Source: Diadema antillarum
Lineage: Eukaryota
Direction of reading: 5' to 3'
Length of the DNA stretch: 64,000 nucleotides
Assembly (NCBI RefSeq): GCF_040938485.1
Contig: NW_027271047.1
Span: forward strand, 310,001 to 374,000
Part shown: positions 50,401 to 63,010 of the stretch, piece after piece
Layout: each line of letters opens with the position of its first letter
Numbering within the stretch: position 1 is the stretch's first letter
Position numbers and translations under genes: made by a program
The notes under the pieces: generated by a model
The model's database searches: none
Seen by the model: only the letters and a program-made list of their open reading frames with translations
What the model was told of the DNA's origin: nothing

Positions 50401-53400
50401 GTAGAAATTAGGGTCCAAAATTATCAGAAATCTTCATACACTTTATTTGTGTCGGATATTAGGGGATTCCGATATCAACGAACTATCAGTCCCGAGGACA
50501 TTATAACGGCTGCCCAGTCCCCTGTACATCAAAGCTCACCTCTCGATTCAGCAATCCTCTCCTCGATGTCAGCCATGATGCCAGATATTTTCCTGAAGAA
50601 AGGATCTCTGCCGGAGCGTCCTGGAACTATCCTCTGAACTGTTATAGATAGATATAATAAAAGAACCAATTCGCGTCATTCTCATTAATGTAGGATCGCT
50701 GATACATGCTAGGATAGAATTTGACCAGCAGATTTCAAACATGCGAAAAAAACCAAAGACGCAAAGGAAATTGTACGCATGGTATGAAAGTTATGTAGTT
50801 TCAGACAGGGTGCACGAACCTTAAAGTTACTATAATGACTAGTCATTCAGACTGAGATGCGTCGATTTTGTTACTTTTTGTTCTATACAGGTATTGTTTG
50901 TTTGCTAGGCTTGTTTCACTGTAAGTCCAAGCAGCTATTATTTTTCTTTTTCTGCTCTGACCACACACATGTCTAGCTTAACGTGAAGAGAAAGGAGAGA
51001 GGCAGAAAATAGACACTTGATTTGACAGTTTATGATGTCTACATCAATAAATAAACTATTTTGGTCAGTCTATCGTTTATTTCGAACGGGTGTCATTGGC
51101 TTGATGTAATACTACTCGTCCTAGTTGGCTTCCCGCGGCCAACGGGCATCTTCCAAGCGGTCGAACAAAACAGATGAAAAGGGTCACACCTCCTTTAAAA
51201 GGTGTACACAAACTCAAGTTAGCATGTTGAAACGTCAGAACAATGCTGGACACGGACGGCCACAGACCTTAATGGCGGTCCACCCTCATCGCTCGTGAGC
51301 TCTCCAGACTCGACATAGACATAGCTGCTCTCAGCGAAGTCCGTCTTGCAGATGAAGGTAATCTCAAAGAACATGGCGCGGGCTACACACTCTACTGGTC
51401 TGGCAAGCCTCGATATGAACGTCTATCGAGTTGGTTTATGGTCAAGAATTCCATCGCCTCCAGGCTCGAAAACCTTCCAACAGGCCACTCTGACCGGATT
51501 ATGTCCATGTGTCTCTCCCTTCGCAACGGTCAATATATCACTCTGTTCAGTGTATATGCCCCAACCCTTCAGGCGGAACCAGCCGAAAAGGATAAGTTCT
51601 ACACTGATCTGCGCATCTTCTCCCAACAAGTTTGGGAAGACAACAAGTTTATCATCCTTGGTGACTTCAACGCCCGCGTCGGGAAGGACTCGGAAACCTT
51701 GTCAGGAATTCTTGGTAAACATGGCATCGGAAAGTGGTATGACAACGGACGCCTCCTGCTGGAGTTCTGCACAGAACAACAACTAGTCATCACAAACACC
51801 CTTTTCCATCAGAGGGACATTCTAAAGACTACCTGGATTCACCCCGGTCCAAACAATGGCATCTATTGGACTACAACGTGACGTGCATCACACCAGAGTT
51901 ATGCCCAGTGCTGAATGCCACACTGACCATCGGCTTGTTCGCTGCAAGTTAAACCTTCATTTCAAGCCTAAGCTGAAATACAGAGGGGCTCATCAGAAGA
52001 AATTCAATGTTGGTTACCTGCTGTCAGCTGAAGTGAGATGTAATTTTCAGACGAATCTCCAAACAAGACTTGAAGATAAGATCTACTTCAAGGACATTTC
52101 TCCTGTTAAAGTCTTTTGGGCTAGGATGAAATCAGCCATACAACAATCCTATAAAGAGGTACTGGGACTCTCCTCCTGGAAGAACAAGGATTGGTTTGAC
52201 GAAAGCAATCAGGAAATCAAAAAGCTACTTGTTAAGAAGCGATCTGTCCACCAGGCTCATGTCACGAATCCATCCTGGCCAGTGAAAAAAAGTGTCTTCC
52301 GTCTTGCATTCAGCCACCTTCAGCGCAAACTTCGAGAGATCAAGAATGAGTGATGGACAAGCCTTTCCAAACAACTCTACTTTGTGCCGACACTGGCGAC
52401 CTGAAGGGTTTTTATAAGGCACTGAAGACTTTCCATGGTCCCTCACGCCAATTTCAAAGTCCTCTTCGTAGCGCAGACGGCGAAATTCTCAACGACAAGA
52501 CCTCCATCCTCACCCGATGGTCAGAGCACTTACAGTCTTTCTTCAGTGCCAACCGCACAGTACGAGAATTTGCCCTGCTCCTGATTCCCCAACAGCTCTT
52601 TAAACCTGAGCTGGATGAGTTCCCTACCCTCGAGGAGACACTTAAATCGATCGGACAAATGAAAATCGGCAAAGCAGCAGGTGTAGATGGAATCCCCCCA
52701 GAGGTATGGAGGGCTGGTGGAAAGCCCTACATACCAAGCTTTACGAGTTCTTCACGCTTTGCTGGAACCAAGGCCAACTACATCAAGATCTTCGCGATGC
52801 AATTATCATCACCCTGTACAAAAACAGAGGAGAGAAATCAGAGTGCACCAACTACAGAGGAATCACGCTGCTTTCCATCGCGGGCGAAATCCTTGCGCGA
52901 ATTCCTCTCAATAGACTAACGCCTAGTGTCGCAGAAAGTCTTCTCCCAGAATCGCGTAAGTGTGGTTTTCGCGTAAACAGAGGAACTGTTGACATGGTCT
53001 TTGCCCTCAGACAGCTCCAGGAAAAGTGCAAGGAACAAAACAAAGGACTTTACAATACCTTTTTTGACCTAACTAAAGCCTTTGACACAATGAGTAGGAA
53101 AGGACTCTGGCAAATTCTGGAGCGCCTTGGTTGTCCCCGAAATTCCTCAATATGATTATCCAACTGCATGAAAACCAGCAAGGCCGGGTTAGATATAGAA
53201 GTGATTTCTCCCAACCCTTCCCAATTGACAACGATGTAAAGCAAGGCTGTGTTCTTGCACCGACCCTGTTTACCATCTTCTTCAGTATGATGCTCAAACA
53301 AGCCATGGAAGAGTTCAATAACGAAGATGCTGTTTACATCCGGTACCGCACAGATGGCAGTCTATTTAAGACGTCTGCAAGCTCACACCGAGACGCATGA

Positions 53401-56400
53401 GCTACTGGTCCGTGGGCTACTCTTCGCAGATGATGCCGCTCTTGTTGCTCATTCAGAGTCTGCTCTCCAGCGCTTAACGTCCTGCTTCGCGGTTACTGCT
53501 AAAGCATTTGGCCTTGAAGTAAGGCTAAAGAAAAGCGAGGTTTTTCATCAGCCGACTCCTCCACAGGATTACCAATCTCCCCACATAACCATAGGGCAAA
53601 CAGAACTCAAAACAGTTGATCAATTTACTTACCTCGGCAGCACCATCACATCCAACGCAAGAGTCGACAAAGAAATAGACAACAGACTTGCTAAGGCAAG
53701 CAGCGCCTTTGATAGACTGCACGACAGAGTCTGGAAAAACAACCACCTGAAGAAACAGACAAAGATCAGCGTGTATAGAGCCGTTGCCTTACCAACTCTC
53801 CTGTACGGCTCTGAGTCATGGGCCATCTACCGGCATCATCTACGCCTTCTTGAGCGCTTCCACCAGCGATGCCTCCGCTTCATCTTAAACATCCACTGGA
53901 GTGACTTTGTCACCAAATCAAAGTTCTTGAGCTGGCAGAGACTACAAGCATCGAAGCCACACTGATGAAAACTCAACTGCACTGGGCTGGCCATGTCTCG
54001 AGAATGGAAGACCATCGCCTTCCGAAGGTCATGCTGTACGGTGAGCTCTCTTCTGATCACCGAGACAGACGTGAATCCAGGAAGAGGTACAAGGACTGCT
54101 TGACGAGAACCTTGAGCACCTGCAACATCGATCGCCGACGGTGGACTGCTATCGTCTCCGATCGCACATCTTGGCTCCTTACTGTCCGACGAGCAACAGC
54201 CGCCTTTGAGGATGATGACAGAGCCCACCTCAATAGAAACATACAACAGAGGAAAAACCCAACACCCAACACCAACCAACTGATTTTCCCGTGCAACCGC
54301 TGCAACCGTGCCTGCCTGTCCCGCATCGGACTCATCAGTCACTTTCGAGCCTGCAGCAGACGTGGACTTCCTTGAATCTTCGTTCGCGAAGCAAAGCCAT
54401 ACATACATACATACATATTACTTGTATCTTTTTATTTTCTGCGTATACAGCACGACGGTTGAAAATAATATTCAAGTTCATCTTTCTAAGGAATAAATGA
54501 TTTCCACCAAGCAAATATTCATGTTGCAATATTCTCACACGACAAGCATCGCGTTAATTTAGCCGGGCAAGGAACCGCCTATTGGCTCTCGTATTTACAT
54601 GCTTTAACTTTACCATAAAATGGCGTTGTTTTGCGTCATTGACCATAACGAATATTCCATCCGACATAATGTCCAAGGTGTTCAAGATTATATTGACGCA
54701 CTTTTAGAAAAGAATCCAACTCTTGGTGGGAGAACGAATGTCGTGACAAACCCGAATGAAATTGAACTGAATTCTGTTACCGAAGACTGTCGAATCGTAA
54801 TTCCTAGAGGTCAATATTGATGAATTGATATTATACCATGTTTACTGCATCTACCAATCTATGCTACAAGACCAGAAGAAAGTGATTTACAGGTGACGAA
54901 TATCGAGTATTTCAGACTACGATCAGTATCGGGTATAGCAATTTTGCCAAGGTCCTCTCACTGTATACATTGGTGAAAGAATGTGGGCGAAAGAAGTGAG
55001 GACAGCCTACTGTCGCGCTCGGCTGGGCTTGCTTCGCTCTAGTCGCCCGTTATAGCCATCATGCAGCGAGAGGTCCTTGACAAAAGGCTATGGTATAAGT
55101 GACACAAAAACAAAGGCGCAAATACTCAATAGTGAATGACGCGCCTCAAACACAACAACAACAACAATGACAAAGTATAGGTAAAGGGCTCTGGAGGGCA
55201 CCCTACTCACTTTGGCTTGGACCGTCATCTTGGTCATCGAAAGTCACGTCGTTGGTTTCTCGAGGTATAATGGCGTCCAGGTTGGCACACAGCCTAATGA
55301 TATGCTCTTCTGCTTCCTTCAGGTTCTTCGCGTATCCAACACCAGGAGAAGCTGTTAGGCCTAGAATCTGACCACGAAAAGAATGTTTCATAAGTCGGGA
55401 ATAAGATTCACTTAAATTAAATTCAATTATTTCTTAGGTTCATGTTCTTTTCGCAGAATATTGTATTAATTTTTTTTTTTAAATGAATAGGGCATAGGGC
55501 GTACAGTTCGTACCAGTATACACAAAGAGAAATAAGTCCGTTAGACGTTTTTGTGCAATTTCCCATCGCATTACAGTAGACCTTCGTAGTTCGAGAAAAT
55601 GCAGACAATTGTATTAGACAAACAAACTGGTGAAAGTCTCATCAAAATCACCCATAGACAATAAAAATTACGGAAGGTTTAAGTGTCATATTTCAATTGA
55701 TGTAACTTTAATCATAACCTTGTATGAAATGCAAGGTTTTTTTATAACTGATTTGATGCTGTGATGTCAAAATAACCGTCTCGACTACGGTAGTATGGCA
55801 TGCAGAAAACTCTCAACGTCATTTCCGTCTTTATCTCTCGTTTGACAGGAACTGACCTGAGGTCTTTGAGCCGTTGGTCGATTCAGTTTCAGGTCACGGT
55901 ATAGAGCCATGAGCACATTGTACGGGTCCGACTTCTGCAGAATGTCAAAACAATGATAGAAATGATCGGGCATTGTTTTATATTGACTGATTGGGCAACG
56001 GTAAACATTTTATGTGAAGTGCTACCATAACAATCGAACAGAAGTGATATGTTAAACCTTGTTTCGGTAGGCTTGTTTAGTGGAACTCTGCGACAAGCAT
56101 CGAAAAATACACATTAAAGACGAAGTAGGCGTGGTTTTGTTTTCTGTTTTTAAACATGTGAACAGATGACTTACAAATAGAAGCGAGGGCCATTAGGAAG
56201 AACAATGCTAACACTAGCGAGGCTGCCATAGTTAATTTGTCCATGTATTTCTAAGATAGACTTCTTATAGGTCACGTAGGAGATGAGCTAGGGAAAACGA
56301 ACCTGACAATGATGGCATTCGTCCAAGACAAGTAGATCGATTTGAGATAGACTAACTCCCGACGTGCTATCCTTCAGTGCGTTGACCAGGATCTGTGCTG

Positions 56401-59400
56401 TTAGCACGATGATGTCATTGCTGTCAACGACAGTGTCCAGCGGTGCCCCAGCAATCTCTTCCCCACTCACACCGGCCACCCTACACTTACCACGAAGATA
56501 CTTGAGGCAGCGCTCCTTCTGCTGTATTACAAGGGGGACCTACAAGAAGAAAGTGTCGGACTTTACTCTTGGAAAATGTCCATGAACAGAACATTCATTT
56601 TCTGCACCTCTCTTGTGCGCCAATCAATTTTTGTCAGGAGTCAAAGTTCATTCATTATTAGAAAAAAAAGTATTGTAGCAGCCGCAAGAGCACATAAACA
56701 ACATTTGAAAAAAGTTTCATTTGGCTATGATTTATTATACTTGACACATAAATGATGTGAATCATATCTCCACAAATAAAAGGCAAAATTTCTATTTGTA
56801 TTCCTCATATGGAATTACTATTATCACTGCCCATCCTAACTTCGTAACATCTGTAAATCCCAGTTTAAGCCAGTTATGTGACCTTTGACTTTAAACCCTG
56901 GTGGCTAGCTCTAAATCTAATCCATTGAACATGTTTTTTTTTTAATCCTGGCAACGAGATCTATGTGGACAGACGGACGAACGTACAACCCAAAAGCATT
57001 ATGCTTCTAGCACCCTTCAGCATAAAAGCCAATAAGTCATTGCTATAAACAGAAGAAAATATGCCACATGTTGCATGTCATATTAGTACGTAAGGGAAGA
57101 ATAGTAAACTAAGTTAGTTGATGAAGCATAAACATTAGTCTGTGCTTATGTTCGCTATATTATGTGAGAGCGGTTTTCTTCAATAGAAACCGACCCAATA
57201 CGTACTTTGTTTACCACGAAGACTATCTTCTTGTTTCCATGGCTGCTGCTCGCACCAAGTTCACTGTCTGACGAATGTAAAAACAGTCGCTGGATCACAG
57301 CAATGGCAACCTCAGTCTTGCCCTTGCCCGTCGGGAGTACAACCAGTGAGTTCTCACCACGAAGAGATTGAGCTGCAACCTTCTCCTGGTAAGGCCTCAG
57401 TATGAGATCCTGGGGTCCCTCATTGACAGCAGTGTCCACATCCATTGTCTTCTCGTCAACCACCTCTTCTGTCTCGGTTGTTTCCATTAGGATTTCTTCA
57501 TCTGTTGTGCAAGAAATGTGAATTGATATGATTAGATTTGATTATAATTACGAAAGCTTTGCTGGTTTATACATAGTTATCATATACAAATATGAATTTA
57601 TCTTTCCGTTAAATCTCAAGTTTACACTACAAATACAAGAACAATGCGAAACAATCGACGCTTTATCATAATATCTGGTAGAACGGCAACAACATTTAGT
57701 TTGGGTTTTTTCTTGGAAATGTTCACAGCCCTATATTCCACAATGCCCGAAGTACTTGTTGGTGACTTGTTCAAAAGAAGAAAATACAAGAAGAAACGAA
57801 AGGGAAAGATTTAANNNNNNNNNNNNNNNNNNNNNNNNNNNNNNNNNNNNNNNNNNNNNNNNNNNNNNNNNNNNNNNNNNNNNNNNNNNNNNNNNNNNNN
57901 NNNNNNNNNNNNNNNNNNNNNNNNNNNNNNNNNNNNNNNNNNNGAAGATTGATTTTCGCATCTTTGCTATGTGCTCTGTCTTGGCAAATATATGACACCA
58001 ATCTGTTCGCCACACCGCACCCATGACAACTTACACCAAAGTGTGTATATCTATTCTGAAAACCGATTTAGGATAGCATTTGTCAAAACGCCTTGATCAT
58101 ATATAACCATACAGTCCCTCCTAGCTGTAGCCATGTCATTTAAACCATTTGAAATGTCACAAGTGTTCAATATGGAAGTATGAACACCATAATTTATTGT
58201 AGTAGATCATAGGTAACGAGCATGAAAAAAAAGACATGTCTAATTATTACAGTTCGCCAAGAAAAGAGAAAACGTACACAAGGGTTCTTCTACCACACTT
58301 TTAAAGTGTTATAACCTCGGGAATAAAACGGGAAGAAAAAAAAAGTGATAAAGTGAAGGTTAAGTATTAAAAATTGCAATGGTTTTACTTTGGTCAGGGT
58401 CTGCATCCTCTATCCCAAGGGCAAAGTTTTTCAACTGACGTAGCTCATGAGCGAGATCTTTCGACCCACTCTCATCAAGTCCCTTCACAAGGCGGTCAAA
58501 GAAATCTTCGTCTTTTCGCTGGAGTCTCAACATGAGCTCCGTGCAGGCAGCAATAGGTCCGTAGTTCTCATTCTAACATTCGTTGAGAAAAGTGACGGGA
58601 GAACAAAATCATACTTTTATATTCATAATATTATGTCTATGTCTAATGTGACATTGAATGAGGAGACGTTTGCAGAATTCAATACGTGACATAATCATGG
58701 GTGTGTATACACATATAATATATTATATAAACATACATATCTAAAAGTAGAGGCTGAAGTGGAGCCACTTAAGTTGAATATCTACAGAGAAAGCGAGCGA
58801 TAGAGAGACAGATAGGAAAAATAAATAAAATGGCGAATCATCTTTAATGGCCCAAAACTTTGGAATTCTGTAAATACTGACATCAACTAAAACCCAGTGG
58901 ATGTTCCGAACAAAGTCAAACTTTGTGACAACTTATAGAAATTCCAGACATTATTTTGCGGAAAGGGGAAGCATATCGATAGGTTACTGTTCCATACTGC
59001 TTTCCACTCTTTGTGCATGTGCATGCTTAAATAGTTATGAACTCTGTAATAACAATTCTACAGGGATAACCAGACCCCTTTTAATCCTTGAACACTCATT
59101 ATGCGCACCTAATTCATATACTTTAATCCGTTCCATACTGAATTCTGAAATCCCCATAGACTTAATACACAGACCACAGGTTCCCGTGCGGAATGGGTAA
59201 ATAATTCATGTACTTCATAGCATCAACGCAGACAATTCAGAGTCTGAGGGAAAATTATGGGTGTATAAAAGTATAAAAACTTATACATTTTGTACTATCA
59301 AGCAGGTTTTACTATTCACATGCTTTTTTAATGAGTAGAATAAATGCAAATAATGTTAAGTCTGTAAACTGAATGACCCATATTTTGTGGTGCGCGGTAA

Positions 59401-61637
59401 CAAAAAGGAGTTTATACGAAGTTACGAAAACATATACACGATAGTTACAAAAAGAAAATAAGTAATTGAAGCAGAGAACCAGAACAGTCCGCGTTATGTA
59501 ATGTTACAGAGTTGTATATTTTGTGCATTCATGACTACTTAAGAATATCAAATTATCATTCATTAACATTCATTTTTTGCAGTAAATCATCGCAGATGTT
59601 TTATGTATACGCCCCATCATCTTCATAGTTGAGATATGGAAAATAATTATGTCTTTTCAGATATGTTAAGATTATGCTGTGCGAAAATCCCGCTGAAACT
59701 TATGGGTGTTTTTCCTCTTTTTTTCTGCAGATGGCATAGTGTTACCTTTCGTCGAATTTTTTCGATGTCATTTGAATTCAAACAGGATCCTTCTAGATGC
59801 TTCATTACATCCATTGTGCTCATGTCTTTCAGCTTCTCCAGGTAAACCTTCATGAGGAACTTGTAGTAGTCTCTTCTCTTCGAGGTCAAATTCGATGTCC
59901 CTTCAAGATGGTGGCGAAGATATTCATTATCTGGGAGGGAAAGTATCACGTAGCCATGGTGACAGTTGAATCGACTGGATCGATTTGTTTTCAGTCATTA
60001 CTCACATAATTTTTAGAATGATATTATTGTATCATCCGTGATCACTGCTTATGCGTGTTGAGATATTGTCATTGTATTTGCGCATAACTGTCTACATTAT
60101 TTTCGCAAGAATTCCTCGTGTTGAATGACACCTTAAAAAGGCATTCCAGACGATTCATGTAATTTCACATCATGTTTAGTATACATAAATTGATCGTGGC
60201 ATGTATAGACTTGTGGAATTTATTGTGATCCTTGAGGGGATACACCATTTTAAAAACTAAAATATGATTCACTGTAACAAGGATGATGACATAGGGAGCT
60301 CACATATTCCAGTAATATACCAGCGTCATTCCACTACAATACCAGTTGCTAAACAAGATGCTTTTTCTTTTGTTCTGCTTCATTGAGCACCTAACCATGC
60401 ACGCTAATGCGAAGCTGCTATGTCATCATCCTCATTTATTGTGATTTTTTACTTTTTTAATAGTATTATTCCTCATCCCAAATATTACCTATTCTGAAAA
60501 TCTTTACCAAGTATGATCATTTATATAGGCCTACAGACGTTCAGATGCAAAAGTCTAGAAATTGATATAAGTCAAGCGCAGGATGTGTGTTATGTTACAC
60601 GAATCTTTTTCTTTCACCGCTTTTTTTTCAAACCATTCTTTTGCTTTTTTTATGTCACCATTATGCATTATAATTGTGGTAATAAAATATATATACAAGC
60701 ACACATAATTATATTCGAAGAGACGAGTCCTTATTGAAAGGATATAAACCACTAAGATTGTCATGATGCTGGGAATTGCAAGAGAAGAAGTGCCCATAGA
60801 TAGTACCTTCATGGTTAGTGGTTTTGAAACGGCTGATATCCAAAACATAGTAAAACAAATCGGTATTAATAAAAGTTGGGACCCTATAAATATCATTGAA
60901 TAAACGTATCAATTATTAGCAAAAATATAGATATGAGCACAAAAATGTAACAATACGAGATAACTCTGAGTTGTTTCTTTGGTGTATTTATAGTATATCC
61001 AAGGACGTTGACTCTGCTTGATGTGTATGGCTCAGTATGATCAGGGAGATATCGTCTCACCTTCCTGATGTGCAATAATTTGAATGTGGCAACATGGTAG
61101 TCTTGTAGAATATTTTGAGTGTGAAGTTTGTCGTACAGGTGTTATGTAATTTCCTTAAAACATTGTGATGCCAAGAAATGTCATATTATGCACGTTTAAA
61201 ACAGTGCTGTATGAATCTGTGTACATCAACATCTCTCCATGAAAATGCAGTATATATACGCAAATCAAACGTAAAATCAACAATTAAATACAAAAATATG
61301 AAAATACATAAATAGATGATTCGATGTGATGAGCAAATGGGTAGTTATAAAGAGATATTGTTATCAAAATGTCGTTGAGAAGAAACAAAACAAAGGAACA
61401 GTACTAAGTTTAGTTTACTGAAATTAGAGGATTATCTTACTGTGCATGCACAAAAAGGTCATGAATTAAATCATATTCTGACCGAAAGTTTACCAGATTT
61501 GTCAAGAGCTTCCATGAAGGCCTGGAAGATTCCTCGTTTATCCCCCACCTTCTCCAGCATGTCTAGGAACTTCTGCACCAGGTCTTCACGAGTAGTGTTA
61601 CCGTTAAGGCATCGCTGCTGTAGTGCCTCTATGTCGA
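37445..61637 (-). CDS. RIG-I-like receptor (DDX58/IFIH1 family) CARD-CARD-DExD/H-CTD helicase, 5'-incomplete; exons 61637-61494, 59930-59746, 58572-58389, 57501-57206, 56539-56303, 55934-55857, 55367-55211, 50638-50540, 49388-49222, 42708-42570, 42069-41842, 40908-40741, 39533-39379, 37990-37445
   Basis: All introns GT-AG with matching phases; 2783 nt open to TAG (~926 aa). Motifs [56 protein letters not shown]; CTD with CIKC/CGKC zinc pairs, WG and KKWKEVPF; two CARD-like segments. Orthology to RIG-I versus MDA5 is not resolved. Confidence 0.93.
38405..38452. repeat. (TG)n microsatellite
   Basis: Directly visible. Confidence 0.95.
43070..43205. repeat. TTGGTAT(A/G) 8-9 bp minisatellite; same unit resumes at 48858-48915
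   Basis: Directly visible on both sides of the LINE-containing block. Confidence 0.8.
44259..45161 (+). CDS. LINE ORF1p (coiled coil + RRM + CTD), 300 aa
   Basis: Heptad-rich coil; [53 protein letters not shown] (L1-ORF1-like RRM/CTD motifs). Confidence 0.9.
   Translation: MSKSVQMSTRQTRQSQSQNQVSNDKPMNAATTDFSQNDEFLTAVKDAVKQAVREEMKEIRQELSMMTTQIELNESRILSLEVCDDQKTKKIDELERKLLEQREQIQSLENKAKESEQYSRRNCLRVFGIPEVRGENTDDIVLKLAKEKLGIEIDINDLDRSHRTGPHRTSERSYAHKKAERQQAHSQDTATSTSSSSSSSRVSEASSSSKANSKLYHRPIIVKFATYRARQVVMKARRKLKQSGISIAEDLTASNYRILKTARQSKNVSAAWSQDGRVYVTIVGKSERKHVTSLQDAQKL
45303..48437 (+). CDS. LINE ORF2p: PHD finger + AP endonuclease + reverse transcriptase, 1044 aa, uninterrupted
   Basis: CGLC...[12 protein letters not shown]...WECRKC (PHD); HLNV, INES, YRPP, GDIN, SDH (APE); [34 protein letters not shown] (RT). 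Confidence 0.96.
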   Translation: MSCNSVEFMGKDFLCGLCNKSVRVNQKGLKCTQCKKWVHISCNGIAEKLYNDVTEQFVGWECRKCTMRRMPFYGEQYEYEKKTASACNQKSHNLESVKNESLEISHMSPNGLNCAHLNVVSLMKNFDEIKAILCSNDIHIFAINESRLDESIHSSEIKVDHYRLIRKDRNRQGGGVAVYIHESLNYKEVSDPSINELEAILLLIDVTKCTPLLFANWYRPPNSKCNILSAYEDMLVFIEGFGTPAILMGDINLNIMQHSLSTDCRRYCEINEIHDLHQINTCEYTRISPDSRSLIDHMLCSQPDKVICWGIHDMGFSDHSLSYLSWKVKQMNNTNNYANVIMFRKTSGVDIDAVKDEMRSQNWSEVEECGCLDDAVSQWEKLVMEVVDKHMPVRVKRVKKKHSPWINEFIFELMKKRDKSKKNAKLHNKVEDWREYKKIRNKVTLEIKKAKKKYYVEKICDSQGREQSWNILKLFMPTKSSEMVHIAGDGKNIAEEFNSHFSNVANSILFEENESQDILLNCMNRNGNSFVLSPVREIDVFKEISALANKKSAGIDGITSYVLKSCGLELVKSITHIINRSIREGRVPKRWKIAKITPLFKKGDKSDPDNYRPISLLPCVSKLLEKIVQRQLIRFVLDNDIIAHHQSGFRKLHSTSTAVIKVTDDWLMSLDHGMYTGAVFVDLQKAFDLVDTDILLKKLASTLGLTGKSSDWFHSYLKGRHIRTAVNGTLSSELPMTHGVPQGSILGPILFLLFINDLPNCFEKCSEHFYADDTVIYYSNRDPKIIEHVLNEELQKLSVWMNHNKLKVNCSKTVSMLIGTKHMLHKHSTLNLRIKNKFISQVESFKYLGIIIDSQLKWDLHIGQLCKKISKMISFLARVRGFVNESTMKLLYNSVILPHFDYGDMIWHSAAKSHVETLQKLQNRAGRIILKVKSSEHKSISEIHDNLKWETLQSRSTRHVYLMMYKILHEMAPTYLRDKFIYKETGYSLRQCEKLILPKPNSQNCKRTFLYRGSTLYNDLPLSIRQSSSLTDFHREIKNRMCRF
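49504..49849. mobile_element. MITE with ~32-bp TIR (Harbinger-like termini)
   Basis: TAGGGAGCTTTAGACTTTGACGCGCGGACGTT / AACGTCCGCGCGACTAAAATCTAAAGCTCCCTA. Confidence 0.85.
51088..54416 (+). mobile_element. RTE-clade (BovB-like) LINE, near full-length ORF but frameshifted, antisense to the RLR
   Basis: KLKLAC*NVRTMLD; [33 protein letters not shown] (APE); [35 protein letters not shown] (RT); terminal CNRC...H..AC zinc finger; (CATA)n tail. Multiple frameshifts and stops. Confidence 0.93.
57815..57943. other. Assembly gap (129 N) within an RLR intron
   Basis: Run of N. Confidence 0.99.
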
Positions 61638-62184
61638 CTGGTGTCAAAGAAAATAGTGTAAAACAAACAAACGTCAAGGGGAGGTTCAGTTTCCGCTGAG
61701 ATGAGCTTTGAGGTTTCAAACATCTTTTGATTTTTTTTTTTTAGATAATGAGAAACCTATAATGAAATTTGAAAGAGTATGTAATTCTACAAGGAATTCA
61801 AAATTAATCTTATTTGATGAAAATTAGATTTAAAATGGATATCCAAAACAAAGCAATCCCAATCAAGTTTGGGACCCACCTTTTGTCATTTATAGGATCC
61901 CATTGTTTTACTTTGTTTTTGGATATCTCAGCCATTTCAAAACCAATTTTAAGCAAATAAGATTTAATTCCTTTTAGAATTTTATGCTCTCTCTTTAACA
62001 TTTCATAGAGTGATTTCTATTAAGTATCTCACAAAAACTTAAAAGCTAAATTCTTACCGAATTCAAAACCACACTATCTCTTGATTAAACAATATCATCA
62101 CTATGTAGCATCAGTCAAAGTTTGCACTACACGCATTTCTTTCAGCAAAGAAACATACAGCTCTATAAAGAACACCAACAACAA

Positions 62185-62942
62185 AGAATGAGTGATTTTC
62201 AAGTGCTCGTGCTAGTGCTGTGCTATTGGTAGTGCTATGGTGCTAGCCCCCGAATAACAGCGTTAAATCGAGCTCCAACACCGACGGTCAGATTAACGAG
62301 GCGATACCGATCAAAATTATCGATCACCAGCACTAAGTGTTGGAATCACAGCACCGCGAGCCCCGCGGGAATTGTCCGACGAAAAAAGTGATTGCGCGTG
62401 ATTACAGTCAAATATTAAAAGATGTAGCAAAAATTGCTTAGTTTTAGAGACATAATGAGGAAGACAGATTAAAATGCCACAAATCACATCCACTCCCCAA
62501 ATTACAACTATCTTAATTTTGCTCTCAGGCTCAGATTTATAAAGCCATGTCGAGAGTGTTCGTGTACGTTACGTGGGCGACCATTGTATTAGCATAGACT
62601 TAGCACGTAAAACGTGCATCTATTATGGCAGTGAATATGAGTCTTGCACGGCAATGCTAACACCAGCACCGAACTTGAAATGACGAAAATGTTAATCCCT
62701 ACTGGCTGCTGTTAGTCAATGGCGAAAAAGCACGTAAATCGCTAACACAATCGGCCGAGCTCGGTTCAGCAGACGACATTCAACACCGAGCCCAGCACCA
62801 ACTAGTACCGGAAATACGTCACAATTTTGAGGTCAACTCCAAACACCGACGTGATTTCAAGTTCGGTTTTATCGCCGGTGCTAGTGTTGAGATAGCACTA
62901 GCACTAGCACTATAAAGCACCGAACTTGAAATCACCCATTCT
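62185..62942. mobile_element. MITE with TIR and subterminal GCACTA/TAGTGC repeats
   Basis: AGAATGAGTGATTTTCAAG / CTTGAAATCACCCATTCT; internal partial copies of GCACCGAACTTGAAAT. Confidence 0.75.
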
Positions 62943-62962
62943 CATTTATCTAGCTTCATGAA

Positions 62963-62967
62963 GCACA

Positions 62968-63009
<42 letters not shown>

Positions 63010-63010
63010 A
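62963..63010. repeat. (CA)n microsatellite
   Basis: Directly visible. Confidence 0.95.

Noticed and set aside
53836-54408. 190-aa minus-strand ORF
   Set aside because: Antisense to the RTE C-terminus.
60555-60896. Hydrophobic TM-like ORF
   Set aside because: AT-rich and overlaps a repeat family seen elsewhere in the window (TTTTGGATATC.GCC.TTTCAAAACC).
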